The notes beneath the pieces are model-generated. The model made no database searches. It worked only from the letters and a program-made list of their open reading frames with translations, and was not told the origin of the DNA. From Selaginella moellendorffii (lineage: Eukaryota; Plantae; Lycopodiophyta): a stretch of 64,000 nucleotides of DNA. The stretch is from NCBI RefSeq assembly GCF_000143415.4, contig NW_003314304.1:316169-380168 (forward strand). The letters are read 5' to 3'. Shown piece after piece: positions 26,139-37,323 of the stretch (position 1 is the stretch's first letter; each line of letters starts with the position of its first letter). The position numbers and the translations under genes were made by a program.

Positions 26139-29100
26139 TCAGGCTGTCTTCTGAGCCCGACCGGATCCACTTGCGGCTTCGTCATTCTTCTGGCCGTCTT
26201 CGGGTTTTCTAGCCCACGGAGGAGCTCTATCGGCTTCGTACCTGTAGTCGTAGAACAGTTCCTCACCGGCTGATATACGTTCCTTTGCAAATATGCCAAC
26301 TCTGTGATCCCCAGCAACCATTATCACCTACACATTCATGTTGAGTTTCCAGCAGCTTTATGGAGAACACCTCACCTTTGCATAGCAGTTTGGATTTGGC
26401 GAGTGATTTGCAAATTTGAGCTTGTCACCCTTGCGGCAGGCATCCAGTACGTACTAGAGAAAGAACAGGTAGAAAAAGGAAACCATGTAAATTCAGATCA
26501 ACCAAACCATACCTGATCATTCAAATTAAATAAGAAGGACGAGTTCTCGCGGTCGTAAATCTTGCCACGCTTGTCAGCTTCACGATGTGATATAAGCTCT
26601 CCCGTGTATTCTCCAAGGTAGTCATGCTTATTTACCGGCGTCTAGAAGACAAGGAAGCTAATAGCTACTTCTTTCTGTAAGAGCAACATACTATTACCTT
26701 TAAAAATGCACCCCAGCCAGCGACATCAGATCTTCCAAGTAAAACCTGCACAAGTTTGTTTAAGAAAAGCTAAAGGAATGTTTGAAAGAAGAGATTTTAC
26801 CCGCTGTTGTTGCTTTAGAAGAAGTTTCATGTTTCGACATTCGTAGCTGTCACCCCGTGCCGGTGGTCCGCCTTGCGATCCATCCCCGCACCTGAAACAA
26901 AGGCACAAAAGAGGAAAATCACATCAGCACACGAGCTTTGCAATTGTACACCGTTGCATACCCAATCCAGCAATTTCTACAGACATCAGGATCACATTCC
27001 CGTCCAGCTGCAAAACACGGGCATTGCCGACTGGAACACTGGCTTTTAGCGCAATGGCAGCCCCTGAAGCGGTTTTTGCAGTTCTTGGAGCACCTGATAA
27101 GACAAAAACGTCGCTTTAAGCAAATGTAGCATAACACGTACCCGCAATATTTCTCGCAGCACGTCCCATTTCGATGGCAAGAACACTGCTTTCCGCACGA
27201 CTCCGAGCAAGAGCAGGGTGTGTATTGTCTACAGCCATCCTTCCCATCCACGAGTCTTTTCCTGATAGCTGGATAGCCCACGGATTTCCATGTGTACTTT
27301 AGCCTACGTACACGTCCCCTCCTGCGTCCGTTGTACAACCTGGACCGCGAACGGTCAATCTCCTACAAAAGATGGTTTTAAGAGGAGTCAAAAAACTGTG
27401 GAGCCTTACCGTCGCATCCTCAATGACTGTGTTTCCATCCTGTTGGAGCTTTGTTTCTTCATTCAGCTTCCAGTTCACGGCTGCCTCAAGCTGCATGAAT
27501 TCCCCAACCTCGGCACAGCTCTTCATTCCCCTTAGCAAATTCCTTGAAATAAGACAGCTGATAAAAATCACACAAAAGCTTTCAGTGAACTGATAAACAG
27601 GCAGGATTTTCCGTACCTGTCTCTACCAAAGATTTGCAGCCCTGTTTCGTAAAGGTCCTTCTCCAAAGTGTTCCAGTTACTGTCATATAGCGTAAGGTTC
27701 TTGGATATGCTCTGCATCACATCCTCTGATTCCTTGATTACAGGTGGCGGCCGCTTCACAGTGGTGATCTGGCTTCCTTTCCATTTTCTCTGAGCGTAAA
27801 GCTTCTTGCTAACCAGTTTTTTCAAGTACATGCTGGCCCCAGTATTCTCGCCGCGAGTCGCATTGCCACTGCCATCTCCCACCTCAGCATGCGATCCTTC
27901 CACATGGTGTTTCTTACGCGCCTCATTTGTGTCATCGTCTGTATGTCTCGTCGCTTTCCTCTTTAGTAGCAACCTTCTGAGAGCGGTCACACTTTTATCT
28001 TTGAAGCTCTTCTTAGGAGCCTCAGGAGGCTTGTCCACAGTTTTGGCGACTGGTTCCGTAGCGACGCCCTTGTCTTTGGAATCCGGAACTTGCCAGCTCT
28101 TCTCAATAGCAGGTGCTGTGCTTTCTACAGGAACGGGTTTGGACTCTACGCCTGAAGAAGTGGCATCGTGGTGGCTTGAAAGGCGTGGCTGCCAAGGCGG
28201 CGTAAGAACTATGATGAAATGGCGTCATAGGATATCATACCAAATGGAAACAGCAGGGACCGCATGGTACTGACGGCAGTTCCCCCGTCTTGTTAAGTGG
28301 AGTCTGCTTATCGAACTGCAAGCTTCCATTTCAATCAGTAGCTCATCAAGCACATGACCGGCAAGCTTACAGGAATTATCACCGGCTGCGAGCAACCATG
28401 AAGCCGACAGTCGAACACCTTTAATAATGCGGGAAGTTTAGTATGAGAATAGAAAGAGCGTCCCAGCTTACCAAACAACGTCGACAGAAAAGATTATCGA
28501 AGGAGTCCATTGCAGATAGAAGATCATGCTTTTCCTCGCTTTTGAGTTTGTCCCCGTCCTTCGCTAGTATTTCATACCGTGCCTGTAGCAGACGTTTGAG
28601 TTTGATTCATAATTCTGTAAAGAGCATAACATGAATATGCATATCCACGTTTCCTATCTGTTTTTCCTCTTAAAAAAATCAAGCAGCCCATCAGGCAAGG
28701 CCCGTACCTCTATCTCGCTCGGTTTTGCATCAAGACAGTCAGCTAGCGCCTTGAACACCATTTTACTCGATCCATGTTCTTGGACAGTGGCTCTACAGGC
28801 ATTCAATAAGTAAAGAAAAAAAAAATTAGAATCAGTACTACGAACCTGATGAGAAAATCGTCACCTTTGCTAAAGTCACGTTTCTCTTCTTCCTCCTCGA
28901 CTTGTTCTTCCTCACTGTCACTGCATATCAACGCTTCATTTTCAGCAGAGTCATAATAGATCCTTCTTCGACCAACGACGGATTGATCTTCGGCCATCCG
29001 CTGATTCCTGGAAAACAAAAGGTCAGTGAACTAGCACCCGCATCTTTGTTTCTCTACCTGTCCAAGAAGATCCAAGTTGTATATGGCGGCGTCTTTTGCA

Positions 29101-29542
29101 CGGTTTGCAGCCTGACGGGCTTCACAATGCTCTTCCCACCGGAATTGTTGAAAAGAATAGGAGCCGAGGAGTCATCTTGCGAGCCACACTGCTGATCCGC
29201 GGCTGCTGGATCAGTCCCAAGCTTGTTGAGCGCCTTTTGGATCCGTGTGTTGAGCATATCGTTGTCGGCGTGATTCCTGTTATTCACAGCGCGGGAGCTG
29301 GACAGCGCCAGTAAGTGCGTACAAAATCCTTGCAATCTCTCCGAGTTTGCATCCATCCTTGCCTAGAAAATCCGCGAAGAAATCAGCTCTAGCGCTTGAG
29401 AAATCTCCAAAGAGGAGGAAAACAGTACCTTGACATAAGCTTGTCGCTCGAATGCCACTTGCTTCTTAAGCCGGGTGAACGTAGCCGACAATGCGGCCAT
29501 GGAAACCTTGCCGGATGCCTCGCCTTCCTCCATAGACTGCAT
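26139..29542 (-). CDS. CLF: Enhancer-of-zeste histone H3K27 methyltransferase (CURLY LEAF/SWINGER-like, PRC2)
   Basis: [11 protein letters not shown]|[19 protein letters not shown], the CXC domain (CEKYCG...[12 protein letters not shown]...[13 protein letters not shown]) and the SET C-terminus [13 protein letters not shown]...GEELFYDY. Start at 29542 or 29533. CLF versus SWN orthology cannot be resolved. Confidence 0.9.
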
Positions 29543-29828
29543 CGCATCGCCGATCACAAAGCTCCGCTCGAAATCGTTGCCCTCGATCGGCACAAACCTC
29601 GGATCTTAGCTGCCGCCTTCGCGCTCCACCATCGAAAACCCTCGCCCTAAAATCTGGGGTTTGGCGGGAATCGAAACGCAAAACTAGACCACACGTTCTT
29701 TCGTTTAGGTTTTTGTCGCCACTCAGCGCTGGCAGCTATGGTGTCGACGGGCAATCCAGAGAGGTAATCTCAAGCTCGCGCCATCGTTTCCAAGCAATCG
29801 ATGGATCCTTCTCGTGTTTCTTTCCAGA

Positions 29829-30909
29829 ATGTGGTGGTCCAAGGACACAATCGCGCTCGTCACCGGCGCGAACAAGGGTATTGGCTTGCAGTTGGCGCGC
29901 GAGCTCGCCAGGCGAGGATTGACGACGATACTCACGTCTAGAGACGAATCCAGCGGCAGGAAGGCTATCGAATCGCTGCTGGAAGAGGGCATCGATCGAG
30001 AAAGGCTCGTGTATCACCAGCTCGACATCACTAGCCCCGATTCGGTCGACGCGCTGGCGGATTGGGTCTCTCGCTCCTACGGTCGCATCGAAATTCTTGT
30101 GAGTAGAGAGCTAGAGCTCGAATTTCACTATTTCTCTAGCCGTCCAGCAGATAGTTCTTTGTTTTCTTCCTTGGTGTTCTTCCAGATTAACAATGCCGGC
30201 GTGAACTCAATTGGAGTGCCGGACTTGGAGCAAGCGAAGTACGTGGTGGAAACGAATTACTACGGCACGAAGAGAGTGATCGAGGCTATGGTCCCTCTTC
30301 TCAAACCTGGAGCTCGAATCGTTAACGTCAGCTCCAAAGTTGGTGATTTCTCAGTAAGTTCCTCGCGAATATCGATGAGAAACCTTGGAGATTCTTATGA
30401 TTTTTCCACCGCAGTATCTAAAGAACGAATGGAATGCAAAGCTGGAAGATATCGCCACTCTCACGCCCAGCTCGATCGACGAGATGATCCAGGAGTTCTT
30501 CCGAGCAGTGGAAGCCAAAGAGATCAAAGCCCGCGGCTGGCCGTGCATGGGCGAGGAGATCCCGCTAGCGCCACCAGAGATACTCGCCGGCTACTCCCTC
30601 TCCAAGATCGCTCTCAACGCCTACGCGAGGATCATCGCGGAGAAGCTCGCGAGGGAGAAGGAGATCTTCTTCAACTCGATGTGTCCCGGCTCGACCAGCA
30701 CGGCCATGTCGGGATTCAAGGGTCACTCGGTCGAGATTGGAGCCGACACCGCGGTGTGGATCGCTTTGCTTCCTCCGGGAACTCCGGAAGAACCACTTCC
30801 TCACGGGAGATTCTTCATGGATCGCAAGGACGTGGGATTCTCGCAAATGCCAGTCTTCTACGATGGCCAGTTCTACAAGACCTTGGGAGATCTCCCGAAA
30901 AGCAAATAA
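29829..30909 (+). CDS. Short-chain dehydrogenase/reductase (carbonyl reductase/neomenthol dehydrogenase-like)
   Basis: MWWSKDTIALVTGANKGIG, INNAG, IVNVSS and catalytic YSLSK. Introns 30099-30185 and 30354-30414. Confidence 0.92.
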
Positions 30910-30964
30910 ACTTTATTTTCAAACTGTCTCTACTGGCGCCAGGAGCTAGGGTTTGATCCAAGCG

Positions 30965-32666
30965 ATGGTGGATCTGCTGAGGAGCCGCTGGCTGATGCTA
31001 GTGGCGGGCATTTGGATCCAGATCACGATGGGATCCACCTACGTCTTTGGATTGTACTCGGAGAGCCTCAAGCGCGAGCTGGGATTCGATCAATCGCAGC
31101 TCGACACGCTAGGGTTCTTCAAGGGGATCGGCGCCAATGTGGGGATTCACACAGGATTGCTGCTCTCGCTGGCGCTGCCGCCGTGGATTATCCTGGCGCT
31201 GGGGGCGGGCCAAGGTTTTCTGGGCTATTTCATGATCTGGCTCGCTGGAACGCACAGGATCCGGGGCGTCCAGCTCTGGCAGATGTGCGCCTTCATGCTC
31301 GTCGCTGCGAATTCGCAGACGTATTCCAACACCGCCGTGGTCGTGACATCTGTGACGAATTTCCCCACAAGTCGTGGCACTGTGATTGGCTTGATGAAAG
31401 TAAGTTCCATTTGATCAAAGCTCCATCAAAGCTACTCATAGTTCTAGTTCTAAATGCTTGCTCCAGGGATGCTTGGGATTGAGTGGAGCCATTCTAACTT
31501 TCTTCTATCGATCGCTATGCGGGGAAGATGGTGGCACCCAGATTCACTACACGCTCTTTGCGGCGGTAGTCCCGACAGTGGTATGTGTTTTGCTTATGCT
31601 TTTCATTAGACCAGTGGCACCGTCGACCATCACGCATGATCCACACGAGAACACGAACATCTCCAGGATCTCTGGGATCATCGTGGCACTCGCGTTTGGT
31701 CTCATTCCTCTCACGCTTCTCACTCCAGTGGGCCGAGTCGCGAGGATTTTGCTGTGCGTTCTACTGCTTCTAGCGCTCGCATCGCCACTACTGGTGGCAT
31801 TCAAGGCAAGCAGGCTCACAAAGACGGTGGATTCCAAAGAACAGGGACAAGAGACCGTCGCGATACTCCTTGGAGAATCTAGCAGCGGCGCCAACTTTCA
31901 GGAAAAGCCCGAGAACGAGAAAAGAGGAACTTTAGTTCTTCGCAGCCAAGACTTTACACTCTCACAGGCTTTTGCATCGCTCGAGTTTTGGCTACTGGTC
32001 ACAGCAATGGCCTGTGGGATGGGATCGGGAGCCACAGTGATCGACAACGTGAACCAGCTTGGATCCTCACTGGGCTACTCCACACATAACATAGCAGTGG
32101 TGGTGTCGCTGGTTAGCATCTGGAACTTCCTGGGCCGGTTTGGAGCTGGAGCACTCTCGGACTTCTTCCTCAGGGCGAGAGGTGTTCCAAGGCCGGCTTT
32201 CAACTCGATCACTCTGGGAGTCATGGCAGCCGGGCACCTTGTACTGGCGGCAGCGTTCCCGGGTGCTTTGTACGTGGGAACTCTCGTCGTTGGGCTGTGC
32301 TACGGCTCGCAGTGGTCGCTCATGCCAGCAACAGTGTCGGAGATCTTCGGCATGAAAGAGTTTGGGACGCTCTTCAACACCATCGCCGTGGCAAGCCCAC
32401 TGGGAGCTTACATTCTCTCAGTGAGAGTGGCGGGCTACTTCTATGACAGGGAAGCGCAGAGGCAACAAAGCCTTATCCATGGTAGCTCGATCCATTCTCC
32501 GCCAAATTCTTGCCACGGTCCAGCATGTTTCAGGCTCACCTTTCTCGTGCTCGCTGGAGTCTGCCTCTTGGGCTGCGTTTGTACGTCACTGCTCGTATCA
32601 AGGACGAGGAAGTACTACAAAGAAGCTCACAAGACCCTCTACCATAGGAAAAGCTGGCAAAAGTAA
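30965..32666 (+). CDS. Nodulin-like MFS transporter, copy 2
   Basis: Paralog of 7110-8695 with the same motifs and the intron at the same position (GLMK|G, 31400-31466). Confidence 0.92.
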
Positions 32667-32705
32667 TAGTGCCATTTGATCAAGGTATAAAGGTATCATT
32701 TCTTT

Positions 32706-33398
32706 TCATATGGTATCAAACGACGCCTGTGTATGTGTATAGTAATACGCGACGACCACGTACGAGCCTGGATGATCCAAGATGTCCACCAAGGGGGAGA
32801 CGGTGACGAAGTCGTCACCACAATCATCTGCGTCGTTGGAGGCGAGAGCTTCAGGCCGAAAGAGCCCGGCCGCGTCTGAAACGGTGCACGAGGCCGGAGG
32901 AACACGCGCGGCAGGCACCGAAAGGTACTCCTCCTCCACAACTTGTTGTCGCTGCTCTCGCCCTGTTTGCTCCAGCCCTGGGACAAGCGGCAGCGTCACC
33001 CGCAAGAGACTACTGTCAAGCCGGTAGCTTATCCTTTCCGCGTCCACTGCATCGGGGAGCACAAACTCTCGCGCAAACATCTTGGTGAAGGAGGATGCGA
33101 CGCTCTTTCGCCTCGTGAGAGATCCCAACGATGGTCACGAGTCGACGGAATTGAGAGCCCGAGACCTCCACCTTGACATCGCTCACGCCCGGCATCTCCA
33201 AAAGGATGAGATACGAGTGCGGGAGGCAGCAGCTATGAAGCACTTGTGTGCGCTCATAGCGTGCTCGACCTCAACCGTGCCGTTGGAGGCGGTCCCGCAG
33301 CCGCGCGCCTGGCGGAGAGAGCAGTAATCAGGGCGGCATGCTTGCGCCGCGACAAGCACCAAGAATACCATCGCCACCCTTGCTGCCGCCACCACCAT
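32706..33398 (-). pseudogene. Frameshifted alpha-crystallin-domain (HSP20-like) gene with a signal-peptide-like N-terminus
   Basis: Three frames are needed: VAMVFLVLVAAQAC... / SYLILLEMPGVSDVKVEV...LVTIVG / FAREFVLPDAVDAERISYRLDSSLLRVTLP. A second ACD-like start (SPLVDILDHPGSYVVVA) is cut off. Confidence 0.65.
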
Positions 33399-33629
33399 TC
33401 TTCGCCCTTGTAAACAACAAAGAGTCGATCGACGATCAAAAACATCAAGTTAAACTAGAAACAGATCCTCATTTGGCGGAGCTGAACTCGTTATAAGCAT
33501 TGACTTGTTTTTTTTCCACTCTTTCGCTTGGCTCACTGCTATGATGATGCAAAGAAGGTTTAGATGAACCTTCCTTGACCGTCCTGGGTTGAAAATTTGC
33601 ATGCACCTTGTTGTCTTCCTTACGTCCTT

Positions 33630-36134
33630 ATCCAACACTCTTACCAATTATTTGAGAGTTTGAAAGCCACAATTTCTTACATTTCCTTTTAAGTTTGGAA
33701 GTGACACATTTTGAGATCATTTCCAATCCAGATAAACTAGATTTATTGTGCTCCTTTTTTGTGGAAGATAAAAAATCCCACATGCTTTTCCTTTGGCATG
33801 GCATTGCATCAGTTTTAACACCAAATTTACCCTTGCTACAGATAGGATTATTTAGCATTTACTCTTTTATGTAAGACCCATCAAATGCTGGGCAGTGCGT
33901 GGCATTCAGCTGCTGTCACTCAATGAGGTGTTTCTTCCCAACTTCAACCAAGGTAAGGCTTAGCATCCATTAAGTACTTACTAGGTCCAGGCAATATCAC
34001 ATGGAGCGCTATTGTGGACAAAGATGATCAGTTGTTTGTTTCGTTCTTGTGTCAAAAGCAAGAGGCCCATCCTGTGAAGTTCTTTTCAATTTCGCACATA
34101 GAGGTGGTAACCTGTTTGTAATTCTGGCGTCCCGCTACAATGAATCTTAGTAGCGAGTGGATTTTCCCAATCTGACTGTCAAGACTTAAGAGCAGTTCCC
34201 CAAGGTATTTTCTCCCAGCAGCAATCTAGAGTGATACTAGGCCCAGGAATCTGAGCGGTCCATAGGCAAGTCCAAGCCTGTCCCATTCAAGTCAGAGCAT
34301 TTGAAGTGTAACCTAACTGTAACCTGGTTTGAGCTGCAGGAAGTGCTATGATCCTAAAATGCGAACGTGAATATCATCAATGAACTGCATCCACATCCAC
34401 GTTCATACGATGTTTGGCCTTCTATTGGGGCGAATGTTTCTATGGGCGACCAAAGCAATGATGATAGATTTTTGTGTTTAATATTTTGAATACGAAGTTT
34501 AACAATGATTTATATTAAACAGGAGGGTTTGCAATGGTTGCTGAAGCATGGGATGATGACTATGTGAAAATGATAACATGGTTTATGTATCTCAAAGAGT
34601 TCAATTGTGTTCATCATGATATCTGTAATATAAAAGGAGATTAACAGATTTGCATGAAGACTTAGAAGCTCGAAGCAAGGGAGGGCAGGTAGCAACTTTG
34701 GATCTAGTGTGCCTTTGATTAAATTTGGATGCTTGAAGATAGAACAATTGTTTAAGAGAGAGCTCAAGGGAGATTTACTATGGCTTTCTAGGGGATGCCA
34801 ACACTTGGTGAATGCAAATGCAAAACAAGTATATATGGGAGAAAGTCAAGAACAAGTTTTTGTGAGTTTACTTTACAATATGATGAGAAGAGGGAAGCTG
34901 GGTAGTTACAGTATTTTGATGTCTCAATTCACGGATTGGCCTGAAAAAATTGTAAATTATCAGTGGAGAGAAGAAAACCTACCTTAAAATCTAAGGCACA
35001 TGAGAAAGGGATAAGAAGAAACCTTGTGTAAACAAAAGAAGGGTGGTAGTGATATATAACATATGTTTTGGTTGTGGTGATACAAATCACAAAGTGCATG
35101 ATTGTCCTTTTGATGCAAAAAGTTGATACTGATTCTAAGAGTGTTTGGTTAATGGACATGTCAAACATGTAAAAAGTAGTTTGCTATTGCAAAGGTCTCA
35201 CCCCTAGAATGGTTTATGTCCAATTGCAACATTTTTTCAGGCTCTATTCAATCTTTTAGTTCAAAGTAAAACCCTTTCCTTGTTTAGTTTGTGCTTGCTT
35301 CTTTTCTTTTTTTTGTCTTTTTTGCCATCTTTTGTTTTGTATTGGTAGGGTGCTTGGTCCTGAGTAACTGTTCACCTGATAAGCTGGAAAAAATTCTGGA
35401 GACGAGCTATCCACCATCTGCATGGACATTTTTGTGGCTGGGTCCAAGACTGTGTTCAATGTGTTCCTGTCCAAATGATGGTGATACCAATCGAGCTAAC
35501 AACTTCTCTTGCCTTTGTTGATGGTAGTGAGAATAGTGGCCATTATCCTTGTGATGTCTTGCATGCAGGTTTCCAATGATGATGTCGATTTCTGCTGCAC
35601 TGAAAATGCAAAGGTAGAGGAAGATGATCCCATCTCAATCAAGTACTTCTGCCCCTGAGTTTCCTCCAATATTGCAGCCTCCACCATCGTACTTCCTTGC
35701 GACGTACTTTCCGAGCCAGATCAGGATGCAACTGTAATTGCATCAACACCCTTATCCTTGCATTTTCAGATATACGTCTAGAACCGCTGGTTGAATTGCC
35801 TAAGAAACTCTTGGGGTTGTTGGCGGATGAGATCAAGGTCCTCTGCTATCACATGATCTTTGCTCTCTAGTATCTCAAAAGAGTGAGGAAAAGCTTTGTG
35901 AAAGGACTGCCTGGTGAGTTGCCACAAGAGAGCCTAACCAGAAAGTGACAAACAGAAATATGCCATCTGTGAGTCCTTAGGAATCGCCATCGCTGCTAGA
36001 AAGGATTTTACACTTTCCACATGCACCAAGTCTCCTCTGAATGTTGGGAGGATTGCTACTATGTGCGCATCAAGAGCATTCCGTTGTCTTGGGGCCGGCA
36101 TCGCTCTTGTCTTTCGTTTCCTTGCAAGCGGCAA
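33630..36134 (-). mobile_element. Heavily decayed LTR-retroelement gag-pol remnant (Ty3/gypsy-like domain order)
   Basis: Gag-like YFCLSLSG*ALLW...IRQQPQEFLRQFNQRF (about 35780-35960), RT-like FIDDI (34370-34384) followed by LRFLGLV, and RNase H-like FGVKTDA (about 33805-33830). Many stops. Confidence 0.55.
34700..35170 (+). mobile_element. Ty1/copia-like gag/protease remnant nested in opposite orientation
   Basis: Zinc knuckle CFGCGDTNHKVHDC (35064-35105), followed in frame by SVWLMDMSNM, which resembles the copia protease W-x-x-D-S-G-A-S-x-H-M motif. Confidence 0.55.
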
Positions 36135-37323
36135 AGAGCAAATTTCTTGAAACTGTCTGTTAGAGATATGGTCGGTTTTGGAGCGAGTTGACGCCAGTAC
36201 AGGAAATCACGCCCTCCCCCTCAGCGTCCCAGGGCAGTTCATGAAGTCCTGTACGCATGCAAGTGCATGCAAGCTCTGATCTATCTTTCAGCCTGGGCAA
36301 TACTAGTCTCTCTCTCTCTCCTTTTATTCCCGTACGGTCTTACTCCGTACGTCCTTTATCACAACTCTATCTGCATCGTAGAAACTCACAACTGTAAATA
36401 CCTCAAACCTAGAGAGTGGCTTGAATGGATTGCAATTTAATTGTGCTTTTCTGCCTCTTCTGCTCAACTCCATTTTGTTCCTCTTTCCTACACTCTAGTG
36501 GAAGAGAAAGACTTTCATCACCCTTAAAAAGTTTCATGACCAATCCTCCTTTTTAGCACGCAAATTTGAGAAGCGAAGTCAAAAGCTTGCCACCGCTCTT
36601 GCTCAGATGTTTGCGAGGTGTGAGTGATCACTGCCCAGTGCCGATGCTGTCTTTTGGAAAATCCCTCCGCTCCACAAGGACGTCCGCTTTCTCGTCGACC
36701 TCAGCGCTGTCAAGTGTCCGATCTCTGGAACAAGTTTCGATCCGATTCTTGTGACCATTATCTTGGCTTCTTCCAAGTGACTCTGTCTAGAAGATCGACT
36801 GGTGCAGGTTGCTTGGAGCTCTGCTCATTCAATGGAAGATAACGATGGCTCCCTGCCATTCTTCAAGTCCAAGGCGATCTGGACAAGCGATCAAACTTCG
36901 GGAGGCCTCAAAACAGCCCAAGAGCGTCGTGGAGTTTTCAGTCCGCCCTGTGAACGTCGAGGCATGTCGAGTTTCTTGCCTTCTATGTCCATACTTCCAG
37001 CGCCAGAGCTCGAAATCTTCCTTACAAGCCGAAACATCGCCGATCCATCATACCTCGACACCCTTATAATCGTTGATAAGCGAGAAGAAAAAGTTTTTGT
37101 TACCTGTATGAACAGTAGCAGTAGCCTTCTTTATGTCACCAAATCCTTGGCTGAATATTCCTCTTTGTCTTCCAATGACGTTTCATTATCTTGACAAAGG
37201 TTTTGGCGACGTCAAGTTTGACAGTCTTCCTGCTACAGTTCAGAGTAGAGTAATGGAACGCGGATTCTAGAAATGATAGGCACTCACCTCTTCCTTCTTC
37301 CTCATCCATTCTCACTCTTTCCC

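Noticed and set aside
29814-30956. 380-aa single ORF for the SDR
   Set aside because: It reads through two introns and leaves the correct frame. The spliced model restores the YxxxK motif.
36813-36833. Resemblance to a miR159/319 target site (TGGAGCTCTGCTCATTCAAT)
   Set aside because: It has several central mismatches, and no hairpin or host gene is evident.
36560-37200. 130-aa plus-strand ORF and a minus-strand LRR-like snippet (LVPEIGHLTALR)
   Set aside because: There is a single short motif amid stops and no coherent gene model. It may be decayed gene debris, but I cannot support that.
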